A stretch of DNA of 63,059 bases, filler included. It is 6 parts of 6 records of this genome, joined end to end, with 100 filler letters (N's around TTAATTAATTAA, not from the genome) between each part and the next. Parts side by side here need not be neighbours in the genome. Positions count along the whole stretch, not along the records: positions 23,906 to 33,778 come from SRR31156797_47577; positions 33,879 to 46,127 come from SRR31156797_47596; 4 more parts are not named here. One strand, given 5' to 3'. Made by a program: the position numbers and the translations under genes. A model generated the notes under the pieces. The model ran no database searches and was not told the origin of the DNA. It was given only the letters and a program-made list of their open reading frames with translations. The first letter of the stretch is position 1; each line of letters starts with the position of its first letter. Shown piece by piece: positions 27,973 to 39,669 of the stretch.

Positions 27973-28950
27973 GTGAAGAAGATCGATCTTTTTAAAGGAT
28001 ACCGGCGCCTGGAAGACGAGTTCGGGCTTTCAGGCATCAATGACGTGCTCGCCGGGCTTGCCCCTGTTTTCGAACATCCCAAGGGAAACACCCTTAGGTT
28101 CTCAAAGGCCCTGGAAGGGCTTCCCCCTGCCGTGGCTTCAACCATTGAACTTGACCGGGACGCCCCCAGAATCGGCGTTGAATCCGACCTCTCCCCGGCG
28201 GAGCTTGCGGCGTTGCGAAAGGTCCTGTTAGACCTCCGTCCCTGGCGAAAAGGGCCCTTTGAGGTCTTTGGCGTCGACCTGGACACCGAGTGGCAGTCCA
28301 ACATCAAGTGGAACCGGTTTGCCGGCAAGATCGGCCCCCTGACAAGCCGGCGGGTGCTGGACATCGGCTCCAGCAACGGTTACTACATGTTGAGAATGGC
28401 GGCCCAGGAGCCGCAGCTGGTGCTCGGCGTCGAGCCCCAGCACAGTTTTTATTTCCAGTACCATGCCCTGCAGTTCTATGCCGGGCTTGATAACCTTTTC
28501 ACCCTTCCCATCCCCTTTGACGCATTGCCCGTCACACCGGGAGGGTTTGACACGGTCTTCTGCATGGGAGTGCTCTATCACCGGCGGTCTCCCCTGGACA
28601 TGCTCAGGGGTATCCATGACTGCATGGCCAAGGGAGGGGAACTGGTGCTGGAAAACCTGGTTATCGAGAGCCATGACGACCTCTGCCTCTTTCCCGAAGA
28701 CAGGTATGCCAAGATGCGCAACGTGTTTTTCATTCCAAGCCTCAAGGCCATGGAATCCTGGCTGAAACGGACTGGATTTACCGATATCCGGTGCATCGAC
28801 ATCTCTCCGACAACCCTGGATGAGCAGAGAAAGACCCCCTGGATCCAGACGGAATCCCTGAATGATTTCCTTGATCCCGAGGACAGTACAAGGACGGTGG
28901 AGGGCTACCCTGCTCCGGTCAGGGCCGTGTATGTCGCCAGGGCGGTCTGA
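27973..28950 (+). CDS. cmoB: tRNA 5-carboxymethoxyuridine (U34) carboxymethyltransferase
   Basis: PWRKGPF, DTEWQS..KW, MGVLYHRRSP, RYAKMRNVFF, TVEGYPAP. Confidence 0.96.
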   Translation: MKKIDLFKGYRRLEDEFGLSGINDVLAGLAPVFEHPKGNTLRFSKALEGLPPAVASTIELDRDAPRIGVESDLSPAELAALRKVLLDLRPWRKGPFEVFGVDLDTEWQSNIKWNRFAGKIGPLTSRRVLDIGSSNGYYMLRMAAQEPQLVLGVEPQHSFYFQYHALQFYAGLDNLFTLPIPFDALPVTPGGFDTVFCMGVLYHRRSPLDMLRGIHDCMAKGGELVLENLVIESHDDLCLFPEDRYAKMRNVFFIPSLKAMESWLKRTGFTDIRCIDISPTTLDEQRKTPWIQTESLNDFLDPEDSTRTVEGYPAPVRAVYVARAV

Positions 28951-28956
28951 TGTGTC

Positions 28957-29808
28957 CTAAAAAGTGATGCTCCAGCTGGCATTGGCAAAGGCGAACCGCT
29001 CCTTGAACCGGTTGTAGCAGATGGCCGCGGCTTCGTTGCCGGTGCAATGGGACACGGCAACAAGATCCACCTGGAACCGGTCAAAGGCGTCCAGGGAGCG
29101 GTCAAGCTGCTCTCCCAGGTCCGTGAACCCCAGGTGGGTGCCGCCGATGACGGCATGGAACTTGTCGTGGCCGCTCTGTTTCTGAAAATGGTTCATTACG
29201 TTGACAATGCCTGTGTGGGCGCATCCCGTGAGGATTACCGGGCCCTTTGCCGTTTCGATGAGCAGGGACGCGTCGTCCAGCAGGGGATCCACGGAGAAGC
29301 CGTCCCCGTCTTTCACCAGAAGGTCGGTGGCCGGGTGCTCAAAATCGGTGGTCCTTGGCACTTGGCCCGAGAAGAAGATCCCGGGCGCGATCTCTTTATA
29401 TTCGGTCTCAAAGACGAAGCGCGCCCCAAGGCCGGATTCAAGGTATTCCTGCCGGTGGTTGATACCGATAAAGAACTGGTGCTTGCCCCGGGGGGTATCG
29501 ATCTCGGCATACTTTTCGTCGAACACACGGGGGTGGGCGATGATCTTCACGCCCCTTGGGGGATAGAGCACCTGGGGCAGCCCCCCTGTGTGGTCAAAGT
29601 GGCCGTGGCTCAGCACAATGGTGTCAATCTCGGTGAGATCGATGCCCAGGGTGTCGGCATTGGGCTTGAGGGTCATGCCCTGGCCCGTGTCCAGCAGGAT
29701 CTTTGTGTCTCCCTTTTCGATGAGGGCGGCAAATCCGTGCTCCCCTGTGATTCCCATCACCCCGCCTGCCGTGTTTTCGCAAAGAATGGTGATTCGTGTT
29801 TGGTCCAT
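28957..29808 (-). CDS. MBL-fold metallo-hydrolase (COG1237-like)
   Basis: EHG, LDTGQ, LSHGHFDHTGG, GCAHTG, GGTHL, SHCTG. Confidence 0.9.
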   Translation of the reverse strand: MDQTRITILCENTAGGVMGITGEHGFAALIEKGDTKILLDTGQGMTLKPNADTLGIDLTEIDTIVLSHGHFDHTGGLPQVLYPPRGVKIIAHPRVFDEKYAEIDTPRGKHQFFIGINHRQEYLESGLGARFVFETEYKEIAPGIFFSGQVPRTTDFEHPATDLLVKDGDGFSVDPLLDDASLLIETAKGPVILTGCAHTGIVNVMNHFQKQSGHDKFHAVIGGTHLGFTDLGEQLDRSLDAFDRFQVDLVAVSHCTGNEAAAICYNRFKERFAFANASWSITF

Positions 29809-29809
29809 G

Positions 29810-30493
29810 TTAGATTTCCCTGGGTCCTCGTTGGTGGTTCATGATGAAGGTTTTTCCTTCCAGTTCAAACACCACGACGCATTCAAGGAACTCAACCTTG
29901 CCGTGCTCTTCAAAGGGAAGGTCGAGCATGTGCTCTCTCAACGGATAGAGGTTCCAGTCGTGGGAGACGCACAGGGCGATCTGCCCGGGGTCGAGCTGGT
30001 TGAGCTTGTCCGCCAGAAACCCGGTGAGTACCTGGGCGGTCTCTTCGGAGTCCTGCATCATTTCCCGGGGGAGCTTCTTGTTGAACCAGGCGCGCAAAAA
30101 GGTGTCGTTGCCCATCTCGTCATAGGCGGAGAAGGCCATGTTCATATCCTTTATATAAAAGGGGGCGAGTTCGAGGGAAAGGGTGTTGTGTCCGTTGAAC
30201 CGGCTGTGTTTTTTGGTGTAGCCCTTGTCCATGAGGTAGGCGGTCTCGATGCAGCGGCCAAAGTGGCTGGAAAAAAAGATGGGGCCGGGCTCAGGGGGAA
30301 GGGCCTCCCCGAATTTCACGGCAAAATCCTTGCCGATCTCCGTGAGCCCCATGAACGGCTCCATCTGGACCGTCTGGTGATAATGCCGGGCCGAGTGGCG
30401 CATGATCACGGAGATCTTTTCAACCCCCTTGCCGAGAAGATCGTTGATGATGCCCAGTGTTTCTTTACTTCGTGTGACGGGTAGGTCGGTCAT
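29810..30493 (-). CDS. Histidine phosphatase superfamily protein
   Basis: MRHSAR, LTEIG, SS...RCIETA, VSHD. Confidence 0.85.
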   Translation of the reverse strand: MTDLPVTRSKETLGIINDLLGKGVEKISVIMRHSARHYHQTVQMEPFMGLTEIGKDFAVKFGEALPPEPGPIFFSSHFGRCIETAYLMDKGYTKKHSRFNGHNTLSLELAPFYIKDMNMAFSAYDEMGNDTFLRAWFNKKLPREMMQDSEETAQVLTGFLADKLNQLDPGQIALCVSHDWNLYPLREHMLDLPFEEHGKVEFLECVVVFELEGKTFIMNHQRGPREI

Positions 30494-30910
30494 TCTGCTA
30501 AACTCCTTGTATATTACCGATTCTGTATTTTTATTTGAGCTGGCTTACAAACTGTATGGTCCGGGGACCGTCAATACTCAACCATAAATACAGGTTTATG
30601 ACAACAGATAAAGGGGCAGGGGATGAATAAACGGTTCAATACCAGGTGTGGCCGCCGGGCTGATGCCGATAGCCGGCAGCGTCCGCTCCGTTTGGGGTAT
30701 TCCATAATTGAATTGACAAGCCACAAATTCCTGCCCTGCATTGGATATTAAACATAGCCCGGATTCAACGGAAATCAAGGGATTCATTGGAATTCAACCT
30801 GTTGAATAGTTTTGTTTTTTGTTTGAACTGGATTCGTACTGTATGGTATAGGGGCTGTCAACTTTCAATCATAAATCCGGTTTTAGAACAAAATATAAAA
30901 GGGGCTGGGG

Positions 30911-31801
30911 ATGAACAAACGAATCAATATCATCGGTGTGCCAATGGATTTCGGTCAGCTCCGGAGGGGCCTTGACATGGGGCCTGCGGCGGCGCGGTAT
31001 ACGGGGCTTGTGTCGGCCCTTCGCACCCTGGGCCACAGTGTAAAGGACCTGGGGGATGTCCGTGTGCCCGTGCGAAATCCCGTGGAAGAGGGGGAAAAGG
31101 CCGACTACTACGAAGAAATCAGGGATATTTGCGACCAGGTGTACGAGGCCGGGAAACAGGCGGTTGCCGACGATGTGTTTCCCCTTTTCATCGGGGGCGA
31201 CCACTCCATTGCCATGGGCACCGTGGGCGGCGTGTCCCATGACCGGGAAACCGGCCTGATCTGGATCGACGCCCACGGGGACTTTAATACGCCCGAGACA
31301 TCGCCCTCTGGAAATATCCACGGCATGCCCCTGTCCGTGCTCATCGGCGAAGGGGACGAGCGCCTGGTCAACATCGGGCGGCCCGGGGCAAAGATCGATC
31401 CGGACAACATCGTGATGATCGGGATCCGGGACCTGGATACCCACGAACGGGACCGGCTCAGGAAGAGCGGGATCACCGTCTATACCATGCGGGACATCGA
31501 CGAGCAGGGAATCAGCACCGTTACCAACAAGGCCCTCATGAAGTTCATCCACCTGAAGCGTATCCATGTCAGCCTGGACATCGACGCCCTGGACCCGGTG
31601 GAAGCCCCGGGTGTGGGCACTCCGGTGCCGGGCGGGCTCACCTACCGGGAGGCCCATCTCTTCATGGAGATCATGGCCGACTCGGGTAAGCTGACCTCCA
31701 TGGACCTGGTGGAGCTCAACCCTATCCTGGACCAGGCCAACAAGACCGCCCAGCTGTCCGTTGAACTCATTGTTTCCGCCCTGGGGAAGAGTATCTTGTG
31801 A
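30911..31801 (+). CDS. rocF: Arginase
   Basis: [42 protein letters not shown]. Confidence 0.95.
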   Translation: MNKRINIIGVPMDFGQLRRGLDMGPAAARYTGLVSALRTLGHSVKDLGDVRVPVRNPVEEGEKADYYEEIRDICDQVYEAGKQAVADDVFPLFIGGDHSIAMGTVGGVSHDRETGLIWIDAHGDFNTPETSPSGNIHGMPLSVLIGEGDERLVNIGRPGAKIDPDNIVMIGIRDLDTHERDRLRKSGITVYTMRDIDEQGISTVTNKALMKFIHLKRIHVSLDIDALDPVEAPGVGTPVPGGLTYREAHLFMEIMADSGKLTSMDLVELNPILDQANKTAQLSVELIVSALGKSIL

Positions 31802-33778
31802 GCCTTGCCGAGTATCTACAGTCCCTGAAGGGGTTTAAGGGACTTGCCCCCGACCTTGTCTGCCACAGGACCATTGCCGAAAAAGAAGCCCGGTATGAGG
31901 AAGGTTTTCAGCGGGATGTTGTCTGGAAGGTGTTTGAGAACCAGGGCATTGCGCGGCCCTACCAACACCAGGCCGAGGCCGTGAACCTGATCCAGCAGGG
32001 CATCCACACCGTTGTCGCGACCCCCACGGCCAGCGGCAAGAGCCTGATCTACAACCTGCCCGTGCTTCGCTCCCTGGTGGCGGATCCCACCTCCCGGGCC
32101 CTCTATCTCTTTCCGTTAAAGGCCCTTGCCCGGGATCAGCTGGACACCCTTGAAACCCTTCTTGCCGGGGTGGGCATGGAGACCGGTATCGGTCTCACCG
32201 CCGGGGTGTATGACGGGGACCTGAGTTCTTATAAAAAAAGCAAGATCCGCAAGAATCCCCCCAATGTTCTCCTCACGAACCCGGAGATGCTCCACCTGGC
32301 CATGCTGCCCCACCACCATTTGTGGGAGGATTTTTTCGCAAGCCTAAAATTTGTTGTCGTGGACGAGGTGCACACCTACCGGGGCGTCATGGGTTCCCAC
32401 ATGGCATGGGTGTTCAGGCGGCTGTTGCGCATCTGCCGCCACTACGGTTCAAATCCCGTGTTTGTCTTCTGTTCGGCGACCATTGCCAATCCCCAGGCCC
32501 TTTCAGCAGAGCTCACGGGGCTCGATGTCCGGGTGGTGGACGGCAATTCCGCCCCTGCCGGCAAAAAAGATATCCTGCTCATGAACGGCAGCGCAGGGGC
32601 GGCCCAGACAGCCATCCTGCTCATGCACGCCGCCATCCACCGGGGGCTTCGCACCATTGTATACACCCAGTCCCGGAAGATCACCGAACTGATCGCCATG
32701 TGGGCCGCCCAGCGGGCCGGGGAGCTGGGGGATAAGATTAGCGCCTACCGGGCCGGGTTCCTGCCCGAGGAGCGGCGGGAGATCGAGCAACAGCTGGCAT
32801 CCGGGGAGCTCCTGGCCGTGGTTTCCACAAGCGCCCTGGAGCTGGGCATCGACATCGGTACCCTGGATCTGTGCATCCTTGTGGGATATCCCGGCACCAT
32901 CATGTCCACCTGGCAGCGGGCGGGCAGGGTGGGCCGGAACGGTTCCGATTCCGCCATGGTGCTGGTGGCCCACGAGGACGCCCTGGACCACTACTTCATG
33001 AACCATCCTGAAATGCTCTTTGACATGCCGCCGGAGCAGGCGGTGATCAACCCCGCCAACCCGGTGATCATGGAGCGGCACCTGGAGTGCGCGGCCGCCG
33101 ACCTGCGGCTCGAGGCCGCTGAAACCTTCATGTCGGATCCCGGGGTGAAGCAGGCCATTGTCCGCCTTGAATCCGACGCCCGGCTGTTAAAAAGCCGGAG
33201 GGGAAATACCTGGTACGCCTCCCGGCGCAACCCCCACCGGAAGGTGAGCCTCAGGGGAACGGGCCGCAGCATTCCCATCTTCCTTGAAAACCAGAAAAAG
33301 AGCCTGGGGGATGTGGACTGGTTCAGGGCCTTTTATGAAACCCATAACGGTGCCGTCTACCTCCACCACGGCAACACCTATGTGGTGTCCGAGTTTGACC
33401 ATGAAAACGGCATTGTGGAGGTGGTCAGGGAAGATGTGCGTTACTTCACCCGGGCCCGGTCAAACAAATCCACCGAGATCCTTTCGGTGATCGATACCAA
33501 AGAGGTGTGGAACACCCGGATCGGATTCGGAAAGCTGAAGGTCACGGACCAGGTCACGGGATTCGAGAAAAAGCTTACGGCCAACCAGCGGTCCCTGGGC
33601 GTATTCCCCCTGGACCTTCCCCCGGTCACCTTTGAGACCGAAGGGCTCTGGATCGAGTTCCCGGAATCGGTGAGGGAGGTGATCGAGGATCAAAAGCTGC
33701 ATTTCATGGGGGGCATCCATGCCGTGGAACATGCGGCCATCGGGATTCTGCCCCTGCTGGTCATGACCGACCGGAACG
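31798..33778 (+). CDS. DEAD/DEAH-box helicase, MrfA/YprA/Hrq1 (DUF1998) family; 3' truncated
   Basis: PTASGKS, PLKAL, DEVH, SAT, TSALELGIDIG, QRAGRVGR, GGIHAVEHA. Confidence 0.92.
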
Positions 33779-33878
33779 NNNNNNNNNNNNNNNNNNNNNN
33801 NNNNNNNNNNNNNNNNNNNNNNTTAATTAATTAANNNNNNNNNNNNNNNNNNNNNNNNNNNNNNNNNNNNNNNNNNNN
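33779..33878. other. Artificial contig spacer
   Basis: N-run with TTAATTAATTAA. Confidence 0.99.
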
Positions 33879-33906
33879 GTAGAGACGCACGGCCGTGCGT
33901 CTCTAC
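33879..33906. repeat. Perfect 28-bp palindrome (GTAG-type REP-like) inside the coding sequence
   Basis: GTAGAGACGCACGGCCGTGCGTCTCTAC, read as VETHGRASL. Confidence 0.85.
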
Positions 33907-36900
33907 AACACCGGTTACGTTTTTGATGAATATTTGATTATTGGCAGCATAAATCAAAATATCGCTTTCGCTGATCTGATTTTCTTCGATGCCAACGGCA
34001 TTTAAATGAAGTTTAAAGCGCTTTTCATCATCGGTAACATTCCAGGTAAATTCGTAGGGTTTGGTGATCAAGTCATGGAAAATATTTTCTTTGGTGTCTT
34101 CCAGTGTGGCTTTTGAAATGCCATCTGCTTCAGTCATGGCAATTGAGTAAAATCCGGATTCGTCGTTTGCAAAACCCAGTTGAATTGTGCCGGTTTCCGG
34201 ACGGGTATCAATGGCCAGTTTATGGCTGTTGCCGAATGCATATATTTGAGCAGCCCCTTCCACACCGGATAAAAACTTTAACGCATCAGTTTGCAGGTCA
34301 AATGCATTTGTTGCATCATCCTTAAACCGGATAAATACCTCATCCTTACTGTTACCGCTCCTTGCTTCCAGCACCAGGCCATTCTGGATTTTGGATTTGT
34401 AGAAACCTGTTGCCCCTGAGTGAGTTCGGTCTTCATTGGTAAGGGTAAAGGTTCCCGTTCCATCGGTAGTGTTGCTTTCATTTACCACAATAAAGAATCC
34501 ATGCATGGGAGGAATAAATTGAGTTCCCCCACCAACGCCGTCATTCCATTCCACATAATCACCGGCTCCTTCATTTGCAGAAGGATTCCAGTAGTAAACC
34601 GCTCCCCAGGTGTCGTCCAGGCCGCTCCAGTCGATAGAGGAGGGGTATGGATTGCCGAGGAGGTTGGCGCCGTCGTTGCCTTCGGCGGGGTTGGGGAAGT
34701 TATTGCTAAGGGTAACGGAGACTGTTTGTGTGCCCGTGAGTGGCGTGCCGGTAAATGTGTAATCCGATTTGCCGGCCGTTGGCCAAAGGGCATAGCCAAC
34801 ATTTGTGTTGAGAACGGTTTCCGGGTCTTCAACATCTGCCCACTCAGGCACAGTTTCATCCCAAGTTTGCAGGTAGTCGCCCAGAAAACTATTGGCGGTA
34901 ATCCCACTTGTTGGGATGGAAATAAGATGCCATTGGCCATCGCCAATTGTTTTTTGGATGTTAATGGTTCCGTTGTTGGTAAGTAGGCCTGTGTAGATCA
35001 ATGAACCACCATGGTTAATTGTAAGTTCTGCTCCTGACTCAAGGGTCAGGTCGATGCATGAAGCTCCAGTCCCCGAATTAATTTGCGGATTGTTTGTCGT
35101 GAATGGAATAGTAACATAATCACCAGGTGTTGGCACACTGCCTGTTGACCAGTTGTCGGCGACATTCCAGTAGTTGCTTTCAGATCCGTCCCAGGTGTTA
35201 ATGCCCTTTGTGATAATGCTCTGCGCTGATGTGTAAGTACCGGTTCCGGCTTCATTTATCCCCCTTATTCTAACATAGTAGGTTGTGTTGCTGTTCAAAC
35301 CTGAAATATCCAGAATGCTGTATTCGTTATCTGCAGCAGAAGCTGCAATATTGCCGAATCCAGCATCATCGCTTATTTGATAATCCCAGTTGACAACGCG
35401 GTAGTTATTAAACCCGGTTATGGAAATCGTAAACCCTTCAAGCGTTTCATCACTCAGGGAGAATTGTGGATTAACTGGCACGCAATAATTCCACCATACA
35501 TCAAATTCGATTTTAAAGTAATTATCATCGCCATCTGTACCACAGTCCACATAATCCACATTTCCCTGCTCGGTATTCCTGAAATTTTCCCAGGTTGCCC
35601 GTGTTACAGTGCCATCGAGGTTAGTATGATAATCGTAGCTGTCGCTGCTATAGTTTTCATCAGTTCCGCTGTTGTAAGTACAATAATTTTGGTCTTCATC
35701 TTCCCATCCTTCAATTCCGATATAAATATTGTCTGTATTATTCAAAATAGAGCCCGACCATCTTTCCTCCGTATTTTGATTAAACCATTTCCCGCCACCA
35801 TAAGCCTGTGAACCAGGTACATCATACAGACACTCCCATGATGACCATGCTCCTGCTGAATACGAAGAACCGGTCTGCTCTCTGAATCGCCAAACCGGAT
35901 CAGCATTCCCCTGGAAAATACCGGATTCTTTTGTCTGGGCATAGAAGTCATCCGATTGAACCTTGTAATCAATATAATAAATGCTGCTTTCACTGGTTGT
36001 GGCAAAACTAACTTCATTACCATAAGCTGTTCCAAGAGTGTTAATGGCATATGCTTTTACATAATAAGTTTTACCGGGCAATAAACCAGTAAGGTTATGG
36101 GTATATGCTCCGGTCGCGGTTACCATTCCCTGTTCAGAAAAATTATCATCCAGTGTTGGGTCAGATGTTGTATTCCAGACAAATCCATGCTGCGTTGGGT
36201 TTTCGGAGCCCAGGCTTAAAATGTTTCCATTAAGTGTTGCAGTGGTTGTTGCTACGGATCCCGTTGCATTGGTTTCTACTGCCGGAGCCTGAGGCGTGGC
36301 ATGAAGAACCGGGTAACCATCGTTATAATAAGAATACATGGCCCAGATATCATCAGTTCCGTTTGTGGTTTCACCAACGAAATCCCAACCTGCATCAGTA
36401 AACGTGCTTTGTGTGGTCATTTCGGATGTGGTTTTTCCGGTAATGCCTGCAGAAGGATTATCTCCAGTCCCATTGGTAGTTCCGGATGTTTGTGTATCCC
36501 AGAAAGATGCTGTTGCTACACCGCCAATTTTACTGCCTAATAGTCCGCCAACATTAGCTGAACCGCTGATATTGCCCGTGCTGTAACAATTAGATAGTGT
36601 GACAGCATTATAATAACCTATCAGGCCTCCAAGTGTCTGAATGCCTAATATATCAACCCTGCTGTAACAGTTACTAATATTGGACGAAGAGCCCTCGGCA
36701 TATCCAGCCAGCCCTCCGGCCTGATACCAACCACTTACATTTCCCGTGCTGAAACAATTGGAAATTGTGCCGGAAGTATGACGCCCTACAAGGCCCCCCA
36801 CAAGTGACCAACCAACAACATCCACATTGCTCATCCCCAGATTCTGAATAGTTGCACCATTCGTATTTCCGAATAAACCAATATACGGGAATGCCAGACG

Positions 36901-38502
36901 GTTAATGAACATGCTGTCAATAGTATGGCCGTCACCATCATAGAAACCGGTAAATTTTATAATATCATTTCCTATTGGAGAAAATCCCATGTATTCATCA
37001 GGCGTGCCTGCATTATCGTCATGGTCGCCCATATTCCATGTTGTGGTTTCGGAGGCATCAATATCAGCAGTTTGCAAATAATATTTATCCCACTGGTCGC
37101 TGTTTTCGGATAACCAGCGTAGGGTAGCAAGATCGGGTACCAGATATGGATTTGCCTGTGTGCCTTGACCTTCAGGAGTTGTTATAAAAGAAACTTCATT
37201 GCCATAACTTGTGCCCTCAGCATTTGTGGCATAAGCTTTCACGTAATAAATAGTTAATGGCATCAGGCCTGTTACGTAATAGTTAAAAGCCCCGATTGCC
37301 GATACCGGGCCCTGTTCGGATTTATTATCATTTAAAGTTGGGTTTTCGCTGGTACTCCAAACAAAACCATGTTGGCCAGGAATTAGGCCTTCATCGCCGA
37401 GGTCTATTATACTACCGTTTAATGTAGCGGTATTGGCTGCAATATCACTGGCATCGCTTGTAGATGTTGCAAGCGACATTGGGGTTACGCCAAGTAGTAT
37501 TGGGTAGCCATTGTTTTGACTGACATATATTCCCCAAACATCATCGGTTCCATTGGTGCTTTCACCAACAAAGTCCCAGCCGGCGGTTGTGAAGGTGCTT
37601 TGGGCAGTCATTTCAGCTGTAGTTTTACCAGTTCCTTCAGGACTTGTGTTTTGTCCGGAAGTTTCTGTATCCCAAAAACAACTACTGGAAATGGCATAAT
37701 CAAAACCATTGAAGCCGCCGGTATAGGTATTTCCTGTAACAGTTCCTGTGCAATAGCAGTTTGTTGCTGTTGTCGCATTCAACAAACCTACAAAACCACC
37801 TACATATATGTCACCTTGTACACTACTTCTGCTGTAGCAATCGCTTAGCGGACTTTCCCCAAAATAACCAAATAATCCACCTACCATATCAAAACCGGAG
37901 ACAGCACCACCAGAAAAACATTTATCCACAGCTCCTCCGCCACCGTGCAAATACCCAACTAAGCCACCTACTTTGTCGGTACCAGAAATTGTTCCTGTTG
38001 TTGAACAACGAGTAACAGTTTCGTTATAGGCATATCCTACTAAAGCACCAACAAATTGTTTCCCTTCAATGTTGGCATTGATAATATGTACATTATTTAC
38101 TATTCCTCCATTTGTTTTACCAAATAGTCCAATTTGGTCATATCCCGGGCGGTTTATAGTTAATCCGCTAATGGTATAACCTGCTCCATCATAATTCCCT
38201 GTGAATTCAATTGTTGCATCTCCAATTGGCGAAAAGCCCATATATTCATCTGCTGTCCCGGCATCATTATCATGATCCCCCAAATCCCAGCTTGCTGTTG
38301 CAGAAGCACCGATGTCTGCGGTTTGGGTAAAATGCTTTGTCCATTCGCCACTGTTTTGCGAAAGCCAGTATAGGTTTTCCAGGGTTGCAATCTGGTAGGG
38401 ATTGCCACTTGAGCCATCGCCTGCAGCAGGAGGTGTAGCTATTTGCCCAAATGCAATTGCGCTTAGCAGGCTCATTAAAATTAAAATCGTAGAACTTTTC
38501 AT
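33879..38502 (-). CDS. Large secreted GLUG-repeat/FN3 protein with T9SS C-terminal domain (3' truncated)
   Basis: Signal peptide; GSSGNPYQIAT, VGGLVG repeats, FWDTETSG, GWDF; FN3 YYVKAYA; NLLGNPYPS; RFKLH..GIEEN..IYA CTD. Confidence 0.88.
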
Positions 38503-38516
38503 AGTTATTTGGTTTT

Positions 38517-38663
38517 TTAATTGATATTTTGTTTCTCTTCAATCCGGGCAGGTTTTTCCTGTTGCTTATTTTTTGAGGTATTTTTAATTCGTTCCAGCAG
38601 CTTTTCAAGGCTTTTGCGCTGCTGTTCAATCTTTTTATTCAAGTCAGTATTTGTTGATTTCAT
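38517..38663 (-). CDS. Small Lys-rich hypothetical protein
   Basis: 48-aa ORF between a Bacteroidota-type promoter and the T9SS gene. Confidence 0.35.
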   Translation of the reverse strand: MKSTNTDLNKKIEQQRKSLEKLLERIKNTSKNKQQEKPARIEEKQNIN

Positions 38664-38690
38664 TAAAATATGCCCATAAAGTTTGGTTGT

Positions 38691-38698
38691 CAAAGGTA
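38691..38698 (-). promoter_or_regulatory. Bacteroidota -7 promoter element
   Basis: Minus strand TACCTTTG matches TAnnTTTG. Confidence 0.55.
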
Positions 38699-38832
38699 GA
38701 TCCAGGAATGCCCGGCAGCAAGTTATGAAGGGTAGCATTAGGTAAACAACATTAGTCAACCTGCACGAAAACAATGCATTATGAATGAGGTAGGTGGAGC
38801 TTTGTTATTTACTGAAAGAGAAAAAGACCAGA

Positions 38833-39669
38833 TTAAACCGACATTAAAAATGCAACCAGGTTTTCATCGGGAGAGAGGTGAAGTTTTTTACGCAGGCGCG
38901 ACCGTGAGGTTTTAATGCTGTCAGGTGTCTGAAAAATGATGGAGGCAATTTCCTTGCTGCTGAGGTTCAGGCGGAGAAAAGCTGCAAGTTTGAGTTCAGC
39001 AGATGTTAAGTCAGGATACTTCGATGTGAGTGTTTTAAAAAACTCCGGATGCACATTTTTAAAATAGGCTTCAAACTGCATCCAGGATTCGTCCTGTATT
39101 TTTATGGTAATTTCATGGGATAAAGATTGCAAATCCTGTGAAAGCTGCCTGCTTCTGCTGCTGTAATTTGTTTTAATGGCGTTGATTTGTTCGAGCACCT
39201 TTAAGTTGAATTCATTGTTGCGGATGATATTCATGGCTATTGACATGATCTCACGATTTTTGAGATTCACGATTTCCTTATAATATCCCGAAAGCATCAG
39301 CATCGACCTGATGCGGGCTGTCAGTTCGATGGCATCAATGGGTTTTCGGATAAAATCAATGGCGCCGGCTTCAAGGGCAGTTTTCAAATGTTCGGAATGG
39401 GTCATTTTACCAGTCAGCATGATCACCGGAATTTCGATGGTGCCAGGATTACTTTTTAATTTTTTGATCAGTTCAATGCCTGTCATCTCCGGCATTTGCC
39501 AGTCGGTAATGATCAGGTCGGGTTGGTGCTTTTCAGCAATTTTCAGTCCCGTTTCCCCAATGGTCGACTGAAAAAAATTATAATTGGGGTTGTCCCCTTC
39601 GAGCAGCCCGATGATGGTTTGGATGATATCAATTTCGTCATCAACTATAAGAATGTTGTACTCGTTCAT
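38833..39669 (-). CDS. Response regulator: REC + C-terminal LuxR-like HTH
   Basis: ILIVDD, DWQMP, KP; W..FE.YF..VHP.F...L...P.LT..E..L..L.LS.KEIA...SI...R.RLRKKL. Confidence 0.92.
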   Translation of the reverse strand: MNEYNILIVDDEIDIIQTIIGLLEGDNPNYNFFQSTIGETGLKIAEKHQPDLIITDWQMPEMTGIELIKKLKSNPGTIEIPVIMLTGKMTHSEHLKTALEAGAIDFIRKPIDAIELTARIRSMLMLSGYYKEIVNLKNREIMSIAMNIIRNNEFNLKVLEQINAIKTNYSSRSRQLSQDLQSLSHEITIKIQDESWMQFEAYFKNVHPEFFKTLTSKYPDLTSAELKLAAFLRLNLSSKEIASIIFQTPDSIKTSRSRLRKKLHLSPDENLVAFLMSV

